DNA from: Antechinus flavipes
Taxonomy: Eukaryota
DNA: 64,000 bases
Assembly (NCBI RefSeq): GCF_016432865.1
Contig: NC_067398.1
Coordinates: forward strand, 307,086,001-307,150,000
Direction of reading: 5' to 3'
In this document: positions 52,411 to 64,000 of the stretch, one piece after another
Layout: each line of letters starts with the position of its first letter
How positions within the stretch are numbered: position 1 is the first letter of the stretch
Made by a program: the position numbers and the translations under genes
Notes under the pieces: model-generated
Database searches by the model: none
Told to the model about the DNA's origin: nothing
What the model saw: only the letters and a program-made list of their open reading frames with translations

Positions 52411-53399
52411 GAGCAAGAGATGTCCAGGGATTTTCATGATCCCTTTACCCTTATCCTAAGTAATACTGATTGTCAGTATGTCCCCTTGCTCCTAACAATG
52501 CTCAGTGTCATATGTATGACACCTGGGGAAAAGCACCCCATGAAAAAGAGTCCCTATCTCTTTCTTCAGGAGCCTCATTTCTCAAGTTCATCAGTCAAAC
52601 ATAGAGTTTCAAATCAACTCTGGATGACTCTGGATGACTTTTGGCAAATGAAACTCCAGATCATGCTGTCTTTGCTCTCTAAGGCACCAATAAGGTACTA
52701 CCAAGCTTCTGTAAAAGATTACCAGAATTGGGGGGAATTTATCCAATAGTATGAATACCCACTAAGGGGTAGCTAGATTTCAGTGTGAAAATATTACCTC
52801 CAAAGTCTCTGAGAACAATAAGAAAAGTGGGGCCCAAAATGAAAATGCCCTTCCACTCTACCCAGCTCTCTTGAGAAATCCGTGTCTGTTTTCTCTGCTC
52901 ATATACCATATGCCCCTAAGCAATTGAGAAGTAGCAGTGACTCCTTTATTACTAGGCTAAGGTAGTAAGTCCTTATAATCACCTCTCAAGACATCACTCA
53001 AAAACTCTGATAAAGTTCAGTGGGAGAAGACATTGTCTTCCTGTGACACTTATGCTTTCATCGTGAAGCTTAGTAGAAAGGATGATGAAAAACAATACAT
53101 TATTTAAAAAAAAAAAAAACAACCTAATTTAACAGCAAACTTAAATCATCACAGGCCAGATCAGTTTTAAGCAAAACTTCTTAAGTGCCATTACTTAGAA
53201 GGCACGCACAGAAAGCCTTTTTTTTTCCTACCCCCTCTTTAAAACCTCTCCAAGCAGAACACCCACAGAGAACACCACAGAGGCTGGAGAAAGTGTTGAT
53301 GATTCTGAGAAATGTGAGGCTCTTCAGTCTTGTGAAGGGTGATTACATGAGTATGATTATCAGTGGTTCTCTGCTCGGCATAAAAAGCTGACATGGTTT

Positions 53400-53470
53400 T
53401 CAATTGCACCAGGAAGAAGTTAGGCTAGACATGAGAGGGAACTTTCTGGCAGCAAAGGCAGTTTACTATC
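53400..53470 (+). mobile_element. CR1/L3 3' fragment
   Basis: 'aggaagaagttaggctagacatgagagggaactttctggcag' resembles the CR1 3' end. Confidence 0.55.
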
Positions 53471-54909
53471 TAAAGTGCTCTATCTGGATCCAAACTGATT
53501 CACATCCTCTTTTTTCCTTCCCCCCAGCCGCATGTACTCCACATTCCAGCTAAACTGGACTCCTTGTTTGCTTTCAATTTAAAACATTACATCTCCTTCC
53601 TCTGCATCCTTGCATAAGCTGGTCCACATGCATGAACTGTTCTCCCTCTGGAATTCTTCCTGTTGGAATCCCCAGCTTGAAATCCTACAAGGCTCAACTC
53701 AAATGCCATCTCCTATAGAATTTCCCCCCTAAGTATCTTCTCCCAGTTATTAGTGGTAATCTTCAGATTATCCCAAATTACTTGTCACTTACTTTGTATA
53801 TGTTTGATATTTTCTTATCTATACATTTGTTCCACCCCTCCATCATTGTGGAATGTAAGCTTCTTGAGAATAGGTATTCTTTCCATTTTTTTTTTTTTTG
53901 GTATCCTTTTTACACAGCTGACTGCCTGACATATATCAAACATTTAATAAATATCTATTGAACAAAATTCAACATGAAAGAAAGAATCTTAGAGATGATC
54001 AGGATCACAGAACTCATATAATCTAATATTCACTTTTTTTTAAATGAAGGAAATGCACTCCAGAGATTTTAGCTCTTTCTGGAAGGCTTTCTTTCCCACC
54101 TACTTACTTATGATCAATTCTATCCACACTTGACAGGAGGCAGGACTGTGTTCTGGATAATTTATCTGACTTATATTCAGAAATCAAATGAAAATTTTCT
54201 TTTACTCAGATCCTTGAAATGGGAAAAATATTCAGTTTAAATATCTTCTTATCTTCACTATTAAAACATGCTCTAGAAAGATACAAACTAGTGTCTAAGC
54301 TGAGATTTAGAGTAGTATAACATCATAAGTCATAAAACTACCAGTCATGGTTCTGCTTGTAATATAATTTTAGGAAAGTCCCAAACCTTGCAGAATCCTG
54401 AGTATTTCATCTATGAAAATGGAGATAATGATCCCTTAATATCATGGCCACCTCAGAGATATGTTGTGAAACGCCAATGAGATAACTGATACATTTGAGA
54501 ATTCTTTGTAAATTGCAAAGTACTCTACAAAGGTAAAGTATTAATGAAGGTATAAAGCCAACGAGGTACCATCCAGAGTTTGAAATTTCCATCCCACCTC
54601 TCTTTGCATGCTTGACCTTTTGTAATGTGACCTTTTAAAGCTAAATTTTCAAAGGTAGGATGTGAAAACTGAATAGAATTTATGCCATTGTCTGGACTCA
54701 CCAAGGTGTAGTTTGATTTAACATTGACTAGCAAAAGGTCCCCTGTGAGTTTGCCTTAGCTAAACATCATACTGACTGTAGCTAATTTCAGCAATGTCAC
54801 ATTGCTCACTGTAGATATTGAGGGCAGAACATATCTAAGGCTTGGAATATCCAATTCTTTGGCCCTGAAGATTACCAGAGGGACTTGGCAAGGGCTGTGG
54901 GTGACAATC

Positions 54910-55180
54910 AGAGGAGGAAAGAAAGAAGAGGGGGAAGAAAGCATGGAGGGGGGAGGGAAGAGAGAGAAAAAAAGAGAAAAGAAGGGAAGGAAGGAAAGAG
55001 GTAGGGAGAGAGGCAAGGAAGAAGGGATGGAGAGAAATGGAAATAGGAAGGAAGGAGGAAGGAAAGAAAAAGGAGGAAGAGGAGGGAGGAAATGGAAGAA
55101 TAGAGGGAAAGAAGGGAGGAATGAAGGGAAGAAGTAAGGAGGGAAGGAAGAAAGGAATCAAGGAAGAGAGGAAGGAGCAA
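54910..55180. repeat. Polypurine (GGAA/GAA) tract
   Basis: Direct inspection; explains four overlapping low-complexity ORFs. Confidence 0.9.
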
Positions 55181-55609
55181 TTATTAAATCCCTACCAGGC
55201 ATTGTCTTAGATACAAGGAAATATAGAGACAAAAACTAAATAATCATTGCCTTCTTGGAGCTTACTTTCTGTTGGAGAGAAATGACTTTACAAGTAATAA
55301 ATTATAAAATGCATACAAAGTAATTTTTTAAAAATTTCTACACTAGATGGGACATTATTTAAGATAAGCCTTGAGGGAAGCTTGGTATTTGAAAGAGTGT
55401 AACAGGCAAATCTTAGAATCAGCTTGGGAAAACAGGTTAACAACTTACTCTGAAAAATTACTAATACTAAGACAGGCAGTAATGAGTCAGATACACTATC
55501 TGATCCAGTTAATGCTTCTTAAGAGAAGATATGGGAACATTTCTTCACTAGCCTTTGTTCCTTTGCAAAAAATTTTTGGAATATTTGGTTTTGGTAGAAA
55601 TGAAAGATT

Positions 55610-57261
55610 TAGGATAGGACAAGCTAATATAATAAAAATGGCAATTCTGCCTAAATTGATCTACTTATTCAGTGCCATACAATCAAACTGCCAAAACATT
55701 ATTTTTATAGAACTAGAAAAATTGATAACAAAATTCATCTGGAAGAACAAAAGGTCAAGAATATCAAGGGAATTAATGAAAAAAAAATACAAAGGATGGT
55801 GATTTAGCAGTACCAAACCTAAAACTATATTATAAAGGAGTAGTCATCAAAACCATTCAATCCTGGCTAAGAAACAGAGTGATGGATCAGTGGAATAGAT
55901 TAGATACACACAACATAATAAAGGTCTACAGCAATTTACTATTTGATAAATCCTCAAACTCTAGCTTCTGGAATAAGATCTCACTATTTGACAAAAATTT
56001 CTGGGAAAACTGCAAAATAATACATCAGAAACTCAACATAGACTTACATCTTACATCTTATACCAAAATAAAGTCAAAATGGATACATGATATGGGCACT
56101 AAGGATGATACCATAAACAAATTAGGGGAACAAGGGACAATTTATTTATCAGATCTTTGGAGAATAGAGAATTTATGACCAAAATGAAAGGTAAAATGTA
56201 CAACTTTGATTATATCAATCTAAAAAGTTTTTGCACAAACAAAACCGACAGAAACAAGGTTAAAAGGGAAGTATCAAGCTGGGGAAAAATCTTTACAGCC
56301 AGTATTTTTGATAAAGGTCTCATTTCTAAACTATATAAAGAACTGTGTCAAATTTATAAGAATACAACACATTTTCTAACTGATAAATGCTCAAAGAATT
56401 TGAGTAGACAATTTTCAAATGAAATGAAAGTCATCTACAATCATATGAATTAATGCTCTAAATCACTATTGATTAGAGAAATACAAATTTAAGCAACTCT
56501 GAGGTACTACTTCACACCTCTTAGATTGACTAAAATGATAGGAAAAGATAATAATAAATCTTGTAGGGGATGTGGGAAAACTGGGACACTAATACATTGT
56601 TGGTAGAGTTGTGGAATGATCCAACCATTCTGTAGAACAATTTGGAACTATGCCCAAAGGGTTATAAAACTGTGCAAACCCTTTGACCCAGCAGTGGCAT
56701 TACTGGATCTGTATCCCAAAGAGATCATAAAGGAGGGAAAAGAACCCAAATGTGCAAAAATGTTTGTAGCAGCCCTTTTTTGTGGTAGCAGAGAACTGGA
56801 AAATGAGTAGATCCCATCAATTGGGGAATTGCTAAATAATTTGTGGTACATGAAGGTAATGGAATATTATCGTTCTATAAAAAATGATGAACAAGCTGAT
56901 TTTAGAAAGGCCTGAAAAGATTTACACGAACTGATGCTGAGTGAAACAAGCAGAACCAGGAATACATTGTATACAGTGATAGCAAGATTGGGTGATGATT
57001 AACTATGAAAGACTTGATTCTTCTCAGTGGTTCAGTGATTCAAAGCATTCCCAATAGAATTTGGACAGAAAATGCCATCTGCATCCAGAAAAAAAGAACT
57101 GAGGAGACTGAATGTAAATCAATACATACTATGTATGTTCACTTCTTTTTTTCTGTCTTTTTCCTCTCCCATGTTTTTTCCCTTTTGCTCTGATTTTTCT
57201 CTCCAAACATGATTCATAAAACAATGTGTTTTTCTCAAAAAAAAAATTAACTTAAAAAAAA
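55610..57261 (+). mobile_element. 5'-truncated L1 (ORF2 3' portion plus 3'UTR), frameshifted, with TSD
   Basis: Peptides NIIKMAILPKLIYLFSA...KFIWKNKR, MDQWNRLD..., WNYAQRVIKLCKPFDPAVALL; TSD AGAAATGAAAGATT (55596-55609) vs AGAAATGAACGATT (57262-57275). Confidence 0.95.
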
Positions 57262-58019
57262 AGAAATGAACGATTCAAGCAAGCACCATATTGGCAATTT
57301 GAAATATTCAATGAGTTGCAAAAGACAAACTTTGTTACTTTTAAAAAATATATTAATTTCAAGTTTCCTACCGGATCATCCTAACTGGAGTCTTAGAGAA
57401 AGAATTAAGCTAGAAAAACTTTCCTCTCTTTCATCCAGCTCTGTCATTTTAATATCAAAGGGCATTTAACTTGGAATGATTTTTACAGCTGCCACATAAT
57501 CCTGCAAAGAGATCTCTGCACAGCAATGTCAGCAGGAAGGTTTGTGCATCTCACTAAACGATGGGGCAGAAAACAGCCTAAAAACCTCTTGTCACTAATC
57601 TCTGCACACTTCCCACAGAGAGCCAGCTAAGAATGGCAATTGTATTACACTCTGTCATCTAAATCCTGATTAACCAGAATCATAAATCCATTTTACGGAG
57701 CCACAGAACTTATCTTAGGCTCTGGGTGTGAACAACTATTGCAAGTTTATAACCTTGGACTCAAAAATTCTCGAGGAGCCTTTCTGTCCTTTAAAAAGTA
57801 ATTTAATCCCTGACCAATGTGATGTGCCTTCTAGGTTCATGTACCACCTAGATTTGGGGGGCCCCTTTTATTTACTTGAGCACATCCATTATATTGGTGC
57901 ATCAGTTAAACACCTGGGATAAATGATCCTAGAGAGGTTACATGGCATAGTGGATAAGGGACCGAACTTGGAGTCAGAAAGGCTGGGGCTGCAGGCTCTG
58001 ATACACTGTGAATCTGCCA

Positions 58020-58270
58020 TATTTGAATTGTTTTTATTGTTGAGGCTCGTAATATATTCTCCTTGACCTGGAAGTATTGAAATTTGGCAATAATGTTCCT
58101 ATAGATTTTACTTCTAGTATCACTTTCAGGTAATGATCAGTGGATTTTTTTTTTTCCTATCTCTACTTTCCCCTCCTGTTTTAACACACTAGGACAATTT
58201 TCTTTAATTATTTCTTGCATTATTGTATCAAGACTCTTTTTCTGATTGTAGTTTTCAGGTAGTCCAGTTG
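58020..58270 (-). mobile_element. L1 ORF1 fragment
   Basis: 'atattctccttgacctggaagtattgaaatttggcaataatgttcct...tttcaggtaatgatcagtggatt' marsupial L1 ORF1 antisense. Confidence 0.65.
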
Positions 58271-59151
58271 TGTAACACACACAAACACATATTCCATAAG
58301 TCACCTGATCTCTCAATATTCTTTCTGACTCTAAATCTCATTAGATTGTGAGCTCCTTGCTGTTAGGGCTGTTTTGGGCTTTCTTTTTCCTCCCCTAAGC
58401 TTAAGATAATACATGGCACACAATAGGCACTTCATAAATGCTAGATGCCTAAGAATGATTTACTGTTAACTTGTAATAGAGGCATTATTTCTATACCTGA
58501 TGAAAAACATAGATACAGAACATAAAATAAAAAAGAGCCAAGTACAAATGTATGATACCAATTGTAGAATGCATGATCAAGAACCAAAATGAGATGCACA
58601 ATCTAATACTGGACCCAAAGAGAAGTATCCTCAAACACTTCTTAGAATGCTTTCTGATTTTCAGAGAGATTTATAAGAGGGCTCCCTGAAGCTCATGCTG
58701 ACTCGTCCTTTTCTCACAACATGTGGGCACTTTCTTCTTCATTATAAGGGATTGCTCTTGTCCTCCAAGACTTCTCTCCTCTTCCCCCTCCTCTCCAACC
58801 TAACTCCGATTTATCCAGTAATGAAACAGAGTAACATAAATAACAGTTCTGAAAGCTCTGGGAATTACTGTGTGAAAAAATCTGGTTTCTAGTAAGGTTC
58901 TATAGGAAATGGTCTCCAGGAATGCTACTAGACTAGAGACAATGTGATGTTTAAAATGAAAAGTACAACTAATATCTATATGAAGTCTTTAAAAAATACA
59001 ATTTCTTTTGGGCACAGGTATATGTACAAATATAAGGGAGAACACCAATATTAGACCATTTACTTGTTTCCTAATTCTAGAGCACAACAAAAAACTATTT
59101 CATTTTTGAATCATCAACAATTACCTAAAGTAATAAAAAAGACATTAACTA

Positions 59152-59430
59152 GGCTGAGGTTAGTAGCCTATGTTTATAATCCCTGCTACTAGAGAATGAA
59201 GAAAGTGCTGAATCACTTGAATTGGGAGCTCTGAACTGAAATAGGACAAAAGCCAATTTGGCACTAAAACTATGAGGCCCCCAGGAGAGGGGGAGACACT
59301 AGATTTCCTCTGGGAGAAAAAGCAGGGGCAAATTAGAAATGGAGCAGATCAAATTAATCAATTAGCTGTGGCCCTAAGTAATAGGTACTATAGTCTCCTA
59401 GCCTATAAAGGTAGGGAGAGTATTACTTGA
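59152..59430 (+). pseudogene. Degraded full-length 7SL (SRP RNA) retrocopy
   Basis: Collinear with 7SL: 5' Alu part 'tataatccctgctactagaga...gaatcacttgaattgggagctctg'; S domain 'ggcactaa...ccccaggagagggggagacactag' and 'gaaatggagcagatcaaa'; 3' part 'gtaataggtactatagtctcctagcct'. Confidence 0.75.
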
Positions 59431-59480
59431 AGAACCATGGACAAGTGACTAGTGTGCTCTAGGTTCTAGGTTTGCTATAC

Positions 59481-59484
<4 letters not shown>

Positions 59485-59526
<42 letters not shown>
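59485..59526. repeat. (TTG)n microsatellite
   Basis: About 14 perfect units. Confidence 0.95.
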
Positions 59527-59527
<1 letters not shown>

Positions 59528-61159
59528 GTGATCTGGTATAAATTACATTCTTTGGGGAAATTTCCTCAATTATTAAATGGGAAGAATCCCTGACTTCCCA
59601 GTTCCTCTGCACTTGAAGTGCTCTTTAGTTTCAAGAATCAAATGAGAAAATATATATGAAAGGTCTCTATAAACAATGCAATACTACAAAAATATGAATT
59701 GTTGTTACAATAAGGATGAAGGTGCCTTACAATTTCTATAGTATTTAAAGGCTTTCCAAGGATTTTTCTTATAGTAATACCAAGAGGTGGGTAAAGAAAG
59801 CAGTTCATGAAGGCTTGGTGATTTCATCTAGTTTTGGATTCCTTCCAGCAAGGCAAGAGGCAATTTTCCAAAACTGTAATGGTGAGGCCTTAGTAAACTG
59901 ACTTGACTCATAGAAATACAAAATGTTAAGAGTTGATGTTTGGACCCTGGTCTTCTTGATTGGAGATACTGAATGTTATCACACTGTTGCTTTATTATTA
60001 GGTCCATTTTATAGAGGAGGTTGTTGAATATTAGATACAAATAAACAAACAAAAAAAAAGTCTTATTAAGAATCAACCAGCTAGGTAAGTGTCTGAGCCA
60101 GATTTTAGTTTCCTTGAAAATAATCTGAGGCTCACATCTTCTTGAAATTGGCAGCAGTGAACACAAAACCAGAGTGTTTGTTGAAACTTGGCTTACTCTC
60201 ATGTTAGTGTTGTTGTTGCTGTTGTTATTTTAACCTCATTCATATCTATGGTTCCTGTCTACCAGACCTGATGCTTATTAACAGCAACTTCTTGATTTTA
60301 AGGAGTTGGGATAAGAATATTCTTACTTATATCCTTTCTGACCCACTGCTATCATTCTGCTATCATGCAGAATGGTTGACAAAGGTCTTGTGGCTTTCCC
60401 ATCCTATTATATGAAAAGATACAGTTACCCCCTTCAAAATGAAGGAAGAGGCAGCTAGTCCCTGGAGTGCTGAATCAGCACAACTACAAACACCACTGTC
60501 AGTCAATCACTAACAGGAACAGAATACCGCAAGGAAGACCAGCCAAGTCAGCAGAATATGGGGCTGGAAGTCACAAACACAAAATGCATGGAGATGGCTT
60601 AAAATCAGTCTATGTCTTGAATATGGACTCTTAGGAATAAAAGGATAGAATAGTAAAGAGGAGACCATACTAGAACAAGAAAGCAAAAGCAAAATAAATC
60701 GTGTTTTTTTTTTTTTTTTGGGGGGGGAGGAGTGTTTTTATTTTGTTTTGTTTTTATTTTAAAATATTTAACTAAGCAAGTAAAATATATTGAGGCTCCA
60801 GGATAATAAAATAAATAAAGCAAAGTCTGTTCCCAACCTCAAGTTCTTTCTAATGGGGAATTAAGACATACTAAAATCACTATAAAAATAGAATTTAAGA
60901 AGTTACAATAGGGAGAGAGGAGCAAAGTAATGTAAGAAATCATTCAATCTCCTGGTAGAGTGCAAAGAGACTCTTGAGTAACAGGACTTGATTTAAATTC
61001 TGTGTCTGATATCTACTACATCTGTGACCTATTATTATTATTATTATTATTAAATAACTGTCTTTTATATAGTATATATTGTGTGTCAGGCCCTATATCC
61101 AGAGCTTTTCAAACATCAGCTCATTTGGTCCTAAAAATAACAAAACAAAACTAGGAGGT

Positions 61160-61445
61160 TATTGCAGTACAGGAGTCACCTGCCATTGGCTGCTGGAGGT
61201 CTAACTCAGACCTGTAGAAAAGATCTCTTCATGTGAGAGGATGATGACAATGATACAAGGAGACTGACAGGAAGTTGCTGTTGTCTGACCTCTCTCCTCT
61301 TCCCTCTTGCCTCCAATTTATTTCATTCCCAATCAACAAGGAACATCTAAGAAGGCTGCTTTGCAACTTCTTCAAGTTTATGATTCATAACTGTGGGGGC
61401 TCTCAGAGAATTGATCTGCCCCTTCACTGAGGCATGGTCCTTAAT
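61160..61445 (+). mobile_element. Short solo LTR inserted in an antisense MIR
   Basis: 'ttgcagtacaggagtcacc...gatctcttcatgtgagaggatgat...gagaattgatctgccccttc...ggcatggtccttaa'; MIR resumes as 'tcccattttacatttgaggaaactgaggca'; terminal TG/CA decayed. Confidence 0.65.
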
Positions 61446-61831
61446 CCCATTTTACATTTGAGGAAACTGAGGCAAATCATGACAAAGTGACTAACTTGCC
61501 CTACATTGCAGCTAGTGTTCAAGGGCAGATACATACTTGGATCTGTTCTGCACTCTATTCACAATCTACCTACCTACCTTGGCCTCCATGAACCTTAGTT
61601 TCTTCATTTGTAAATGAAGTGTGTTGGATTAGATGGTCTCTGAAGTCATTTCTTGCTCCATATATATGAAGTGTAAAATAAGGGTCTTATTTGTACTGCC
61701 AATTGGTTTTGAAAAATTACTCAGAGAATAATAAAAAAAAAAGTTTTAAAAGCTGTTAAGTACTTCATACAGGAGCCATTGTTCTAATAATAAAAGACAT
61801 AACATTAGTATAGTTAGGTCCATAGATCCTC

Positions 61832-62075
61832 GGGGTAGTTAGGTGATGTAGTGGATAGAGTGCAGGACTTAGAGTCTGGAAGACTCATTTTCCTAAATTC
61901 AAATCTGGTCTCAGACAGTTATTAGCTGAGTGATCCTGGGCAAGTTACTTAAGTCATTTGCCTCAGTTTCCTTGTCTGTAAAATGATATGGAGAAGGAAA
62001 TGGCAAACCACTCCATTACTTTGTCAAGAAAATTCCAACTGGGGCCATGAAGACTCAGACATGATTGAAAAATAA
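61832..62075 (+). mobile_element. MAR1-type SINE
   Basis: 'ggggtagttaggtgatgtagtggatagagtgc...gagaaggaaatggcaaaccactccattactttgtcaagaaaattcc'. Confidence 0.9.
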
Positions 62076-62089
62076 AAATACCCCTGAAG

Positions 62090-63260
62090 GTATTTGTAGA
62101 TAGGTTTCAGAAGGATCCTGAAGTGGATAAGAACAAAGACTGCAGTTTTATTCAAAATGAAATTTAGCATCTCTTTCAATAATTTGGAAACATTATCCTG
62201 AGAATGGGTACACAGATTTCAACAAACCACCAAAGTCTCCTTGACCAAAGAAGATTAAGAACTTGTGGTATCTTAAGGAAAATTAACATTTTTGTGTGGC
62301 AGGAGGAGGTAGAGAAAAATAAGTCAAGAAATATTTTATGGAAGTAGTATTTAAGCTGGTTCTTGAAGGACATATTGGATTTGAACAAGTAGAGATCAGA
62401 GGTAAAGGTATGATTTTATAGATGACATAGTATCCCAGTATTGGTGAGAAAGTATGAATTGCTTAGGAAACATTGAATAGTCAGTCATTTTTCTTTTGTT
62501 TTAGGTTTTAGGTGTTTAGGTGGGTAATATAGTAGTTTTATGGAAGAAAGGAATAAGAGTTAAGGGAGAATGTTGAATGGCTAGTTGGGCAGTTTGCTTC
62601 TAACGCAGTAGCTAATAGGAATCTATTGAAGGTTTATGGGCAGGGATGTAACATTATCAAAACCATATTGAGAAGTTTATTCTGACAGTTTTATGAAGGA
62701 TAGACAAGGTATGTCTCTAGAAGAAAAAGGGCAAGATAGGACAAAAACCAGAAACAAAAAATCTGTGATGAACAGTGAAAATGGAAAGAACATTGCAACT
62801 AAAATAAAATAAAATAAAATTCAAATTTTCAACATTATAATAATCAATCCTTTCCCCATAGAATATAATAAGAAGCCACTTCCTCCATTTTTTGCAGAAG
62901 AGGGTGTATAACATTCTATAATGTCAGACTTTTCTTATGTATTTGTTTGATTGATTTTCCCCCTGTTTTTGAAATCATCAAATAAGTGATTGTTCACAGA
63001 AAGAGGGTAGAGAGAAAGATATGTTTGGAAAAGTAGGTGATGGAGAAACGGAATATGTCATTAAAGTTTTTTTTTTTTTTTTTTTTTTTAAAGAGACTAT
63101 GTGAGAGACAGCAATAATGAGAGCTTGAATTAGACGGGTGAGAGTAGGAATGGAAAACAGGGAACAGATGCAAAAGATTCTGGAGATTTGACAGGACTTG
63201 GCAACTGATTGGATGCGTGGGGGTGAGGAAGAAGGAAGAGTCAAAGATGATTCTGAGGAA
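62090..63260 (+). mobile_element. L2 fragments interrupted by an antisense L1 3' piece (about 62740-62950)
   Basis: L2 motifs 'taggaatctattgaaggtttatgggcaggg' and 'acttggcaactgattggatg'. Confidence 0.6.
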
Positions 63261-63892
63261 ACAGAAAGGTCATAGGAAGCAGAGGATTACTAGAGAAGTA
63301 GAAGAAATGAGGAACCATAAATCAAACACACTCAATGTCATGCATTCCAGTTTCCTTCAAAGGGAATAAAAATGAAAACTGAATAAAATTGCTCCTTCAT
63401 TCTGCTTCCATTATATCTTTCTCTCCATCACTGTGTATGTAAATGGAAGAGTCTGATTCAAAAAAGTATAGATTTAGAATTGGAAAGGGCCGTAGAGTTC
63501 CCACATTTAGTAGATGAAAAAACCAAGGTCCAGAAAGGCCAAGTGCTTCCTTAAGCTCACATATGTTGGAAGATCATATATGTAGTAGGCATCAAAGATT
63601 GGATGTGAATCTGAGTTCTCTGTTGTCCCATTCTGAATCTCTCCTGATTATTTAGTATGTTCTTGCTTGAATATCTAGAAACAATATTTTATCAACTCTC
63701 AAAATAATTATCTGTGTGACTCCTTTTAGCACACTGCATTATAATACAAAGTAGATAATGACAGGATAATAGATATACAGTTAGAAAGGACTTTAGAAAT
63801 AACCTTGTCCATTTCCCCATTAATTGTCTTACTGGCTGAAAGTTACACAGATAATATCATATTAGGCATTTGGGCTCACATTCTACCATTCT

Positions 63893-64000
63893 TTTTGTGT
63901 GTGAGGCAATTGGAGTTAAGTGACTTGCCCAGAGTCATAGTAAGTATGTGTTAAGTGTTTGAGGTCAGATGGAATTCAGATCCTCCTGACTTTAGAGTTG
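63893..64000 (-). mobile_element. WSINE1-type SINE, runs off the window end
   Basis: 'gtgaggcaattggagttaagtgacttgcccagagtc...gtgttaagtgtttgaggtcag'. Confidence 0.85.

Noticed and set aside
54756-55180. Four overlapping ORFs of 86-111 aa
   Set aside because: Same low-complexity artefact
55371-56851. ORFs of 143, 99, 98 and 64 aa as a host gene
   Set aside because: Frameshifted pieces of L1 ORF2; the N-terminus of the 143-aa ORF is read-through from flanking DNA with a TTG start
1-64000. CRISPR array, rRNA, tRNA gene, snRNA or NUMT
   Set aside because: No repeat-spacer array or intact RNA gene seen; tRNA-like boxes occur only as SINE heads

Overview
AT-rich, CpG-depleted vertebrate DNA. The repeat content (WSINE1- and MAR1-type CORE-SINEs, MIR, L2, CR1/L3, marsupial-type L1 3' ends, an RTE LINE, a full-length 7SL retrocopy, three solo LTRs) points to an Australian marsupial, probably a dasyurid; the species is an inference. 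There are three N-gaps. I recognise no host protein-coding exon. ORFs in the track are L1 ORF2 fragments, low-complexity tracts, gap artefacts or short chance ORFs, so the window looks intronic or intergenic. The best-supported structures are TE insertions with visible target-site duplications, including an LTR inside a MAR1 SINE and an L1 inside an L2, plus an LTR splitting a MIR (no TSD seen). Repeat-free islands carry CTCF and RFX motifs and a few unverified exon-like segments. I found no supportable novel system (no CRISPR array, no recognisable endogenous non-retroviral virus protein). Repeat family names come from recalled consensus similarity, not a database run, and old-repeat boundaries are approximate.
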